A stretch of 64,000 nucleotides of DNA, from the NCBI GenBank assembly GCA_934339005.1, contig CAKRHR010000002.1, positions 41,675 through 105,674 of the forward strand, given 5' to 3'. The number at the start of each line of letters is the position of its first letter. The first letter of the stretch is position 1. Origin of the DNA: an uncultured Catenibacillus sp. GTDB lineage: Bacteria > Bacillota > Clostridia > Lachnospirales > Lachnospiraceae. This document shows positions 8,893 to 17,634 of this stretch, piece by piece. The notes below the pieces were generated by a model. That model was given only the letters and a program-made list of their open reading frames with translations. It was not told the origin of the DNA and made no database searches. A program made the translations under genes and the position numbers.

Positions 8893-9354
8893 ATGAACAA
8901 AGTTGTTTTGATGGGAAGATTGACAAGAGATCCTGAAGTGAGATATTCACAGGGTGAGAAGGCAACAGCGATTGCCAGATACACACTGGCTGTTGACCGT
9001 ACATTCAAACGTGATGGTGAACAGACTGCAGATTTTATTAACTGTGTTGTTTTCGGACGCAGTGCTGAGTTTGCAGAGAGATATTTCAGACAGGGAACAA
9101 AGATTGCAATCAGCGGCAGAATTCAGACAGGCAGCTATACGAATAAGGATGGCGTCAAAGTTTACACAACAGAAGTTGTTGTAGATGAACAGGAATTTGC
9201 CGAGAGCAAAGCAGCCAGTGCCAACAACAGCGGATTCCAGCCACAGGGTGGATATCAGCAGGCAGCGCCGGCTAAACCATCACCAAATGCAGCTATTGGA
9301 GACGGTTTCATGAATATTCCGGACGGAATTGATGAAGAGTTACCTTTCAGCTAA
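8893..9354 (+). CDS. ssb: Single-stranded DNA-binding protein
   Basis: OB-fold N-terminus (MNKVVLMGRLTRDPEVRY..), a Gly/Gln/Pro-rich linker and an acidic tail ..DEELPFS. Confidence 0.93.
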   Translation: MNKVVLMGRLTRDPEVRYSQGEKATAIARYTLAVDRTFKRDGEQTADFINCVVFGRSAEFAERYFRQGTKIAISGRIQTGSYTNKDGVKVYTTEVVVDEQEFAESKAASANNSGFQPQGGYQQAAPAKPSPNAAIGDGFMNIPDGIDEELPFS

Positions 9355-9399
9355 ATTGAAAGGTCAAATGATGAGAAATGAATGAAGGAGGTAAATATC

Positions 9400-9660
9400 A
9401 TGGCATTCAATAAAGAGAGAAGCGACGCTCCTATGAAAAGACGTGGCGGACGCAGAAGAAAAAAAGTTTGTGTATACTGTGCAGACAAGAATGCAGTTAT
9501 CGATTATAAAGATGTAAACAAATTAAAGAGATATGTATCTGAAAGAGGTAAAATTCTTCCTAGAAGAATCACAGGCAACTGTGCTAAACACCAGAGAGCT
9601 CTTACAGTAGCTATCAAGAGAGCTAGACATATCGCTTTAATGCCATATGTAGCAGAATAA
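9400..9660 (+). CDS. rpsR: 30S ribosomal protein S18
   Basis: ..[57 protein letters not shown] lies 8 nt before ATG 9400. Confidence 0.93.
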   Translation: MAFNKERSDAPMKRRGGRRRKKVCVYCADKNAVIDYKDVNKLKRYVSERGKILPRRITGNCAKHQRALTVAIKRARHIALMPYVAE

Positions 9661-9700
9661 TTCTGAATAACTCATAATTATTTATAATTATTGCAAAATT

Positions 9701-9753
9701 ACAGGAATGTTTGAAATTAAAGAAGATTTAATTTCGACATTCCTGTTTTTTTT
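9701..9753 (+). terminator. Rho-independent terminator of the rpsF-ssb-rpsR operon
   Basis: Long hairpin ACAGGAATGTTTGAAATTAA...TTAATTTCGACATTCCTGT followed by a T8 run. Confidence 0.85.
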
Positions 9754-10009
9754 CTATATTTACATAAAAAGCACCTCAAATTACATAAGAATTATACCAA
9801 AATGATCATACAAAATGAAACAAAATTACATAAAAACCATACACAAAAACTATAAAAACTCGCCTGTCAAATGATTAACGTTAAAAATATATCCTGCCAA
9901 TAGATAAGAAATTAAGTGTCGGGGGTGGACATTTTCACTTGCTTGTGCAAAAAACCTTTGTTAAAAATGCAAAACTGTGCAAAATATGTAAAAACTAAAC
10001 AGATTTTAT

Positions 10010-10027
10010 TTGATATTTAATTAACAA
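10010..10027. promoter_or_regulatory. Candidate Rex-type operator (TTGATATTTAATTAACAA) upstream of the hydrogenase operon
   Basis: Compared by eye with the clostridial Rex consensus TTGTTAA-N4-TTAACAA. The right half matches 7/7 and the left half 5/7. It lies 270 nt upstream of the oxidoreductase start. Confidence 0.3.
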
Positions 10028-10298
10028 TGCACAAAGTGTTGCAATCGTTCTCAATATACGTTATTATTAGTATTAATATAGTTCTGTGCAGATTGTGCAA
10101 AATTGTTTAAATCATACAAAAGATGATCTAAGTGTCAGAAGTGAATTTTGCCACTTACGTCAAATGATTAAAAGTATAAATAAAAAGTATAGGGTTAGAA
10201 AAATATACCAAATCATAAAGTGTGAGAAATACAATACATGCATTCGGCAGAACAAACCTCAGTAAGATGCTGGGGTGGGATATTTGGGAGGATAGGAT

Positions 10299-12131
10299 AT
10301 GAGTAGATTAAAAGTAGTGTCTTCGGACAGGGTGAATACGACAACTGAAAAGTTGATGAAAGAATTCACACAGCGTATCGTAGCAAATCCGCCGGGTGTC
10401 TGTCCTGTGGATATGCAGTTGGCATTCTTAAAGACATGTCACGCACAGACCTGTGGTAAATGCGTGCCTTGCCGTGTCGGTTTGGAGAAACTGGAAGATT
10501 TGCTGGAAAGTGTATTGGATAACACTGCCACAGAAAGAACATTGGATTTGATTGAAAAGACGGCAACAAACATTAAAAACTCCGCAGACTGTGCGATTGG
10601 TTTTGAATCTGCGAGAATGGTGCTTGCCGGATTTGAAGGGTTTAAAGAAGATTATTATTCTCATGTGAGAGAACATAAATGTACAGGTGCATTTGAACAG
10701 CCAATTCCGTGTGTTACATTATGCCCTGCAAATGTTGACATTCCTGGTTATATCGCATTGGCGGGTGCAGACCGCTGCGAAGATGCTGTGCGTCTGATTC
10801 GTAAAGATAACCCATTCCCTACAGCCTGTGCATTGATTTGTGAGCATCCATGTGAATCTAGATGTCGTCGTACGATGATCGATGATGCAGTTAATATCCG
10901 TGGTATGAAGCGTTATGTAGTAGATAAGGCACGCAGTAATGAAGTGCCTGTGCCTGAATGTGCACCATCTACAGGCAAGCGTGTAGCGATTGTCGGTGGT
11001 GGACCGAGTGGTCTGACAGCCGCTTATTTCTTACAATTAATGGGCCATCAGGTAACAGTATTTGAAGAAAAATCAAAACTTGGCGGTATGCTGCGTTATG
11101 GTATTCCAAATTACAGATTCCCTCGTGTGCGTCTGCAGGAGGATATTGATGCAATTTTATCTACAGGTGTTGAAGTTCAGTTAAATGCTAACATCGGTAC
11201 AAAAGAGCTTGAAGAACTTAATCAGCAGTATGATGCAACTTACATTGCTATTGGTGCGCATACAGATAAGAAACTTGGCCTTGAAGGCGAGGAAAGTGGC
11301 AATGTTATTTCTGCTGTTGACATGCTGCGTGAAATCGGCGATGACGAATACCCTGATTTCACAGGCAAACGTGTCATTGTTGTCGGCGGAGGCAATGTAG
11401 CTATGGACTGCGCAAGAACAGCGATTCGTGCACATGCAAAGACTGTAAGTATTGTCTACAGAAGACGTCAGGACGATATGACAGCACTGCCGGATGAAGT
11501 TGAAGGCGCTATTGCAGAAGGTATCGAATTACTGACATTGAAAGCACCATTGCGTATTGAAGCCGATGAAAATGGCAATGCTGCCGCATTATGGGTACAG
11601 CCTCAGATGATTGGACCTGTCAGAGGCGGCAGACCATCACCGAAGAAAGCAACAAAACCGGAAGAACGTCTTGAATGTGATGTGATTTTGATGGCTGTTG
11701 GACAGGATATCGTGTCTAAACCATTTGAAAAAGCAGGTATTGCTGTGAACAGAGGATGTCTGCAGGCTGATGCAACAGGTGCATTAAATCGTGTTGGTAT
11801 GTATGCCGGAGGAGACTGTGTATCAGGTCCGGCAACAGTGATTAAAGCAATTGCAGCAGGTAAAGTTGCTGCGGCAAATATTGATGAATTTCTTGGATTT
11901 AATCATCAGATTTCTGTGGATGTCAACATTCCTGAACCTCTGTTGAATGATAAGACACCTTGTGGTCGTGTGAATCTTGCAGAAAAAGAATCATGGGCAC
12001 GCAGGGATAATTTTGAACATATTGAATATACCATGAGTGAAGAAGAAGCTGTACAGGAAGCAAGTCGCTGCCTGCGTTGTGATAAGCATGGATGTGGTAT
12101 GTTAAGAGGAGGCAGACAGGACAGATGGTAA
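10299..12131 (+). CDS. GltD-like NAD(P)H-dependent FAD oxidoreductase with an N-terminal NuoF-type [4Fe-4S] domain (hydrogenase-associated electron-input subunit)
   Basis: NuoF C-terminal cluster motif TCGKCVPCRVG. DPD/GltD-type Cys clusters (CEHPCESRC). Rossmann motif VAIVGGGPSGLTAAYFL and a second VIVVGGGNVAMDCA. GGGAGGA RBS. Confidence 0.8.
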   Translation: MSRLKVVSSDRVNTTTEKLMKEFTQRIVANPPGVCPVDMQLAFLKTCHAQTCGKCVPCRVGLEKLEDLLESVLDNTATERTLDLIEKTATNIKNSADCAIGFESARMVLAGFEGFKEDYYSHVREHKCTGAFEQPIPCVTLCPANVDIPGYIALAGADRCEDAVRLIRKDNPFPTACALICEHPCESRCRRTMIDDAVNIRGMKRYVVDKARSNEVPVPECAPSTGKRVAIVGGGPSGLTAAYFLQLMGHQVTVFEEKSKLGGMLRYGIPNYRFPRVRLQEDIDAILSTGVEVQLNANIGTKELEELNQQYDATYIAIGAHTDKKLGLEGEESGNVISAVDMLREIGDDEYPDFTGKRVIVVGGGNVAMDCARTAIRAHAKTVSIVYRRRQDDMTALPDEVEGAIAEGIELLTLKAPLRIEADENGNAAALWVQPQMIGPVRGGRPSPKKATKPEERLECDVILMAVGQDIVSKPFEKAGIAVNRGCLQADATGALNRVGMYAGGDCVSGPATVIKAIAAGKVAAANIDEFLGFNHQISVDVNIPEPLLNDKTPCGRVNLAEKESWARRDNFEHIEYTMSEEEAVQEASRCLRCDKHGCGMLRGGRQDRW

Positions 12132-13858
12132 ATTTAACAATTAACAATAGAAAAGTATCCGTTCCGGAGGGAACGACAATTTTAAGCGCTGCCGCAAAGG
12201 CCGGCATCAAGATTCCTACACTCTGCTTCTTAAAGGATTTAAATGAAATTGGCGCCTGCCGTATTTGTTGTGTGGAAATCGAAGGTAAGGAAACACTCGC
12301 TGCCGCATGTAACACACTGGCAGAGGATGGCATGGTAATTTATACAAGCAGTGAAAAGGCTCAGTACGCAAGACGTATGAACTTGCAGTTTATTTTATCC
12401 CAGCATGATTTCAGATGTGCGGGTTGTCAGCGAAATGGTACATGTCAGCTCCAGAAAATCTGTGCGGATATGAATATCAATGAAGTACCATTTAATCAGA
12501 AATTTGAACCAAATGACTGGGTAGAAGATTTTCCGTTTGTTCGAGAATCCAGCAAATGTATCAAATGTATGCGTTGCGTACAGGTTTGTGATAAAATTCA
12601 GGGATTAAGCATCTGGGATATTGTCAATACTGGTAAACGTACAAGTGTTGATGTGTCCAGACGTCGTAAAATCACAGAAACAGAATGTGCAATTTGCGGT
12701 CAGTGTATTACACATTGTCCGACAGGTGCACTCAGAGAACGTGATGATGTGCGTAAATTAATGGATGCAATCCATGATCCGGATAAGATTGTTGTGGCTC
12801 AGGTGGCACCTGCAGTGCGTACAGCCTGGGGTGACGGTCTTGGACTGCCTCAGGAATTAGCGACAGAACGCCGTATGGCTGCAGCGATTCGTGCGCTTGG
12901 TGTGGATTATGTATTTGATACAAATTTCAGTGCTGATTTGACGATTATGGAAGAAGCCAATGAATTCCTTGAACGTCTGAATCACAGAGAAGATTATCAG
13001 TGGCCGATGTTTACATCATGTTGTCCTGGATGGGTACGCTTTATCAAATCCCAGTATCCGGAGATGGTTGACCAGTTATCTACAGCAAAATCTCCGCAGC
13101 AGATGTTTGGTACGATCGCAAAGACTTATTTTGCAGAAAAAGTGCTTGGTGTTGAGCCTTCACAGATTGTCTGTGTATCTATTATGCCTTGTACAGCTAA
13201 GAAGTTTGAATGTGAGATTCCAAGTATCAATGATTCAGGTGCAGATAAAGATGTCGATATCGTTCTGACGACAAGAGAGTTTGACCGTGTACTTCGTTCA
13301 GAACTCATCAGCCCTGCAAATCTTCGAGAAGAAGATTTTGATTCACCGCTTGGTATGGGCTCTGGAGCTGCTGTTATTTTTGGTGCGACAGGTGGTGTTA
13401 TGGAAGCTGCACTTCGAACAGCATATTATAAATTAAATGGTGAAAATCCTAATCCGGATGCATTTCAGTTGGTTCGTGGCAAAGAAGGCATTCGCGAAGC
13501 TGAATTGGAAATTGCAGGTATAAAATTAAAAGCAGCCATCGTCAGTGGACTTGGCGATACACGCAAACTGATGGAAAGCATTAAAGCCGGTGCAGAATAT
13601 GATTTTGTAGAAGTCATGGCATGTCCGGGCGGATGTGCAGGTGGCGGCGGTCAGCCGATTTCTGAAGGACGTGAGCTGGCAGGTGACAGAGGTGCGAGAT
13701 TGTACAAAATCGACAAAAAGAATCCTCTGCGTTTCTCACATGAGAATCCTTCAATTATCACGCTGTACAAAGATTACCTGGGACAGCCATTATCTCATAA
13801 ATCCCATGAGCTTTTGCATACAGATCATCATGCATGGAAAATGCCGGGAGAAAAATAA
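12125..13858 (+). CDS. hydA: [FeFe]-hydrogenase catalytic subunit (M3-type: 2Fe-2S + His-ligated 4Fe-4S + 2x 4Fe-4S + H-cluster domain)
   Basis: H-cluster signatures TSCCPGW, MPCTAKKFE and EVMACPGGCAGGGGQP. Ferredoxin motifs CIKCMRCVQVC and CAICGQCITHCP. ATG 12125 overlaps the upstream stop (ATGGTAA), with AGGAGG 12 nt upstream. Confidence 0.9.
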   Translation: MVNLTINNRKVSVPEGTTILSAAAKAGIKIPTLCFLKDLNEIGACRICCVEIEGKETLAAACNTLAEDGMVIYTSSEKAQYARRMNLQFILSQHDFRCAGCQRNGTCQLQKICADMNINEVPFNQKFEPNDWVEDFPFVRESSKCIKCMRCVQVCDKIQGLSIWDIVNTGKRTSVDVSRRRKITETECAICGQCITHCPTGALRERDDVRKLMDAIHDPDKIVVAQVAPAVRTAWGDGLGLPQELATERRMAAAIRALGVDYVFDTNFSADLTIMEEANEFLERLNHREDYQWPMFTSCCPGWVRFIKSQYPEMVDQLSTAKSPQQMFGTIAKTYFAEKVLGVEPSQIVCVSIMPCTAKKFECEIPSINDSGADKDVDIVLTTREFDRVLRSELISPANLREEDFDSPLGMGSGAAVIFGATGGVMEAALRTAYYKLNGENPNPDAFQLVRGKEGIREAELEIAGIKLKAAIVSGLGDTRKLMESIKAGAEYDFVEVMACPGGCAGGGGQPISEGRELAGDRGARLYKIDKKNPLRFSHENPSIITLYKDYLGQPLSHKSHELLHTDHHAWKMPGEK

Positions 13859-13878
13859 CATGATATGACAGACATGAT

Positions 13879-14769
13879 ATGACAGAAGGGAATGATGAAG
13901 TGATGAAAATAGAAACCTTGCTGAAATTAACAGACTGGACGATGACAGAACCTGTGGATGGCAGCGCATTTCATCTCATCATTGCCGTTGTTGGTATATT
14001 GTTTGCAATTATAACAGCCGTTGCTTTCGCTAGAAAGCAGCGGCTTGCTGCATATCGCATTGATTTAATTATAGGACTCATTCTTTTGCTTAGCGAGATT
14101 TATAAGCAGCTTTTTCGTTATTTCATTGTGGACGGCAGACATTATTGTGTGGAATTTGTACCGTTTCAGTTATGCAGCCTGCCGATGTATCTATGTCTGA
14201 TAAATGCATGGCTGATGCATCGTCATACTAAGTGGGAAAGCAGACAAAAAAATAAATGTTTTACGAGAAGTAAAGAAAATCAATATACAAAAAATCTCAC
14301 AGAAAAAATTATCTGTGTTATCAACACATTTATCATTGATTTTAACTTGATGGGTGCTCTCATGGTATTTGTCGAACCATCGGGAATATTTTCAAAATAT
14401 GTTGTGCTGACGTGGCATGGTATTTTGTGGCATCTGTTGATTATTTTTCTTGGCGTTTATAAAGGACTGACTTGCAGGAATACACATTTGTCTATGAGCA
14501 GTTTTTGCAAGACACTGCCGATTTTCTTTGCAGGCTGTGGTATTGCAACGATTTTAAATATCGTACTACATCCATATGGCTTTATCAGTATGTTTTATAT
14601 TTCACCTTATGAGCCATCGATCCAGATTGTATTTTCGGATATTGCCACAAAGTGTGGTATAGTTGCCGGAAATATCGCATATATTCTGGCAATGTTGCTT
14701 GGTGGATTTGTATTTCACGGAATATTTTATTGTATACAAAAAGTATATTTGAAGCGTGTCCAGGCTTAA
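13879..14769 (+). CDS. Polytopic membrane protein, YwaF/TMEM164-like (function unknown)
   Basis: Six to eight hydrophobic segments. The motif ..VPFQLCSLPMY.. resembles the PLHLCS motif of the TIGR02206/YwaF family. The start codon is uncertain. Confidence 0.45.
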   Translation: MTEGNDEVMKIETLLKLTDWTMTEPVDGSAFHLIIAVVGILFAIITAVAFARKQRLAAYRIDLIIGLILLLSEIYKQLFRYFIVDGRHYCVEFVPFQLCSLPMYLCLINAWLMHRHTKWESRQKNKCFTRSKENQYTKNLTEKIICVINTFIIDFNLMGALMVFVEPSGIFSKYVVLTWHGILWHLLIIFLGVYKGLTCRNTHLSMSSFCKTLPIFFAGCGIATILNIVLHPYGFISMFYISPYEPSIQIVFSDIATKCGIVAGNIAYILAMLLGGFVFHGIFYCIQKVYLKRVQA

Positions 14770-14777
14770 TCTTTATT

Positions 14778-15743
14778 TTAAATTAACGCCAATGATTTCA
14801 AAACAAATACCCACGCAGTCAATGTAATTGAAGACAATAAAGTTGCCATAACGACGATACTGGAGGACAGTACTTCGTCATTGCCCATATTCTTTGCCAT
14901 GATGTAGCAGGTGACGGTTGTTGGTGAACCGAGCATAACAAGGATAGCAACAAGTTCGCTGTTTCTGAAGCCCATCATAACTGCAAATGGGAAGAATACG
15001 AGTGGAATACCAATCAGCTTGATAAATGTGGCAATCATTGTAGGTTTAATCTTTTTGATAGCTTTGCGGCCTTCAAATGTAGCACCCACAACAAGCAGTG
15101 CAATTGGTGTTGCTGTATTTGCAATATTTGTGACAGCCTTGGACAAAATTGTTGGCATTTCAATACCAAGCAGTGACACAATCAGGCCAAGCACGATACC
15201 AATGATGATAGGGTTTTTAGCGATGTTGATAAATGCTTTTTTAATTGTGCCTTTTGAATTTTGATTTTCGCTTGAGCAAAATGTCAAAATAATGACAGAG
15301 TAGATATTGTACAGTGGCACAGCCGCAACAATCATCATTGGTGCCATGCCTGAACTGCCATAAATATTATTGACAAATGCGATACCAAGAATGGCGGCTG
15401 AGCCCCGGGCAGAAGCCTGAACAAATGCACCGACCATGGACTTATCCTTCATAAAAATAGTGGCGAGTGCCCAGACACCCATGAACATAATCGTTGTTGC
15501 GATCATGCAAAACAACACAAATTTCAAATCAAAACTTTCTGTAATTTCTGCAGTGGCAATATCTTTAAAAAGTAAAACCGGAAGGGCTACTTTAAAAACA
15601 TATTTATCTGCAACTGTTGTAAATTCCTTGTTGAACAATTTAATCTGCATTAAAAACCATCCAAGCACAATCAGCAAAAAGATAGGAATTGTGGCATTCA
15701 AACTGAAAATAAGATTCTCCTTAATAAGCAAAAGACTTTCCAT
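14778..15743 (-). CDS. AEC (auxin efflux carrier) family transporter
   Basis: 321-aa, 10-TM pattern. The N-terminus ..IPIFLLIVLGWFL.....F...F......KYVFKVALPVLLF is typical of the AEC family. Confidence 0.8.
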   Translation of the reverse strand: MESLLLIKENLIFSLNATIPIFLLIVLGWFLMQIKLFNKEFTTVADKYVFKVALPVLLFKDIATAEITESFDLKFVLFCMIATTIMFMGVWALATIFMKDKSMVGAFVQASARGSAAILGIAFVNNIYGSSGMAPMMIVAAVPLYNIYSVIILTFCSSENQNSKGTIKKAFINIAKNPIIIGIVLGLIVSLLGIEMPTILSKAVTNIANTATPIALLVVGATFEGRKAIKKIKPTMIATFIKLIGIPLVFFPFAVMMGFRNSELVAILVMLGSPTTVTCYIMAKNMGNDEVLSSSIVVMATLLSSITLTAWVFVLKSLALI

Positions 15744-15993
15744 ATGTATATCACCTTAAAATAGAATTTTGAGGAACAAAATATATTTGTGCCATGACAT
15801 CATATTGTTATGTAAACTTGAATAAAAATAAAATTTAAAAACAAATGTCATAAATAAAAGTAGCACTAAATTTTGTGAGTGTCAAGTTTGGAAGTGCGAA
15901 TGCATATATATCAAATGGTGAGATGTGATGTCTGACCTGAAACAAATGAAATATAAGGATGGTTGACTTATCAAGTATATGGGAGGATTTGCG

Positions 15994-17568
15994 GTGCGTA
16001 AACAAATTTTAAAGGGCACACTGATTTTGACGATCGCCGGATTGATTACCCGTGTGATTGGATTGTATAATCGTGTATTTCTGGCAAATGTCATCAGTGC
16101 GGCAGAACTTGGTCTGTATCAGTTGATTTTTCCGGTGCTTGCAGTCTGCATGGCGGTGTGTTGTTATGGTATTGAAGCTGCACTGTCAAAAATGGTGGCA
16201 GAACAAAATGCAAAAAAATGTTTTTCGGAAATGCAGCATACAACACACATCGGTCTAAGTCTGGCATTGGGCTTATCAATGCTGTTAAGTCTTGGTGTGT
16301 ACATAGGGGCGCAGCCTATTGCTAAATATTTTTTGCAGGAAACAGCTTGTGTACCATATTTAAAAATTATGGCGTTATCCATTCCGTTTTCAACCATTCA
16401 CGCATGTGTATCAGGATATTTTCTTGGCATCGGAAAGGCAACGATTCCGGCATTATCACAGTTAATCGAGCAAATTGTGCGTGTGGCGACAATTTATGGT
16501 TTTATTTATGTATTTTACCAAAATGGCGGTGCCAACGCGCGTGCAGCCGTGTGGGGACTTGTGGCTGGTGAACTGGTATCAAGCCTGTTTTCTGTGATAA
16601 GTTATAAAATTTCGGCTTGTATACAGAAGCGGCGGGGAAAAATGACAGAATGCGGATATAAGAAAAATGATTACCAAGATGCTAATGTTAAGAAGAATCA
16701 TCGAATATTTTCAAATTTGTGCGCCCTTGCCCTTCCGATGACGGTTAACCGCCTGTTGACAACGATACTTTCAAGCCTTGAAGCGGTGCTGATTCCGGTT
16801 ATGTTAAAGGTGTATTACGGGGATAGTGTGACTGCACTGGAAATATTTGGGATTGTCACAGGTATGGCATTTCCGTTTATCATGTTTCCAACAACGCTGA
16901 CGAATGCCCTTGCAACGATGCTTTTACCTGCCGTGTCAGACGCAGGTGCACGCAATGATTACGAAACGGTTAAAAGTGCTGTTTCAAAAAGTGTGCATTA
17001 CTGCATTTTAATTGGTATTCTGGCAATGACACTCTTTTTTGTTTACGGTAATTTGCTTGGCATCATCGTATTTAAAAATGATACAGCAGGTTATTTCCTG
17101 AAGCGTTTTGCATTTTTGTGTCCATTTATTTACAGCGCATCCGTATTTTCAAGCACGCTTAACGGTCTTGGAAGGGTAAAAACAACTCTTGTGAATCATT
17201 TGATTTCCCTGATTGTGCGCATTGCATTTTTGATATTTGCAGTACCAAAACTTGGTGTGACCGGCTACATGTGGGGCATGATGGCTGGTTATCTGTTGCT
17301 TGTGGTATTAAACGGAAATGCAGTGTACCGGCTGACGGGACTTGATGTGAGCCCACTGAGAACGATGATATTTCCGGGATTGTTTGCTGTGATGGCATCA
17401 ATATTTTCACTTGGAATTTATCAGATGGTACTGCACCGGCTTGTTGTGCCTGTGATTGTTGCCGCACTGATTTCCTGCGCGGCACTGGCATTACTTTATC
17501 TGGGAATGCTTTTTGCAGGCGGTATCATAGAGCAAAACCGAAATCTTTTGCATTTATATAGGCGATAG
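15994..17568 (+). CDS. MOP-superfamily polysaccharide/lipid II flippase-like protein (SpoVB-like)
   Basis: (M)RKQILKGTLILTIAGLITRVIGLYNRVFLAN.I.AAELGLYQLIFPV matches the SpoVB/MurJ-like N-terminus, with about 14 TM segments. GTG 15994 is preferred because GGGAGG lies 7 nt upstream; ATG 15979 is the in-frame alternative. Confidence 0.7.
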   Translation: MRKQILKGTLILTIAGLITRVIGLYNRVFLANVISAAELGLYQLIFPVLAVCMAVCCYGIEAALSKMVAEQNAKKCFSEMQHTTHIGLSLALGLSMLLSLGVYIGAQPIAKYFLQETACVPYLKIMALSIPFSTIHACVSGYFLGIGKATIPALSQLIEQIVRVATIYGFIYVFYQNGGANARAAVWGLVAGELVSSLFSVISYKISACIQKRRGKMTECGYKKNDYQDANVKKNHRIFSNLCALALPMTVNRLLTTILSSLEAVLIPVMLKVYYGDSVTALEIFGIVTGMAFPFIMFPTTLTNALATMLLPAVSDAGARNDYETVKSAVSKSVHYCILIGILAMTLFFVYGNLLGIIVFKNDTAGYFLKRFAFLCPFIYSASVFSSTLNGLGRVKTTLVNHLISLIVRIAFLIFAVPKLGVTGYMWGMMAGYLLLVVLNGNAVYRLTGLDVSPLRTMIFPGLFAVMASIFSLGIYQMVLHRLVVPVIVAALISCAALALLYLGMLFAGGIIEQNRNLLHLYRR

Positions 17569-17634
17569 CGTATAATAAAATGATATGAGTACTGAAACGG
17601 CAGATGAATTATAGGAAAGGACGATTTTATCCCG

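Noticed and set aside
9957-9974. A second Rex-like site, TTGTTAAAAATGCAAAAC.
   Set aside because: Only the left half-site matches the consensus. The right half matches 3/7, so it was not called.
8506-12124. Longer ORF-track starts for rpsF (8506), rpsR (9382) and hydA (12092).
   Set aside because: Each has a canonical internal ATG with a strong AGGAGG-type RBS at the correct spacing (8581, 9400, 12125). The conserved protein N-termini begin at those positions.
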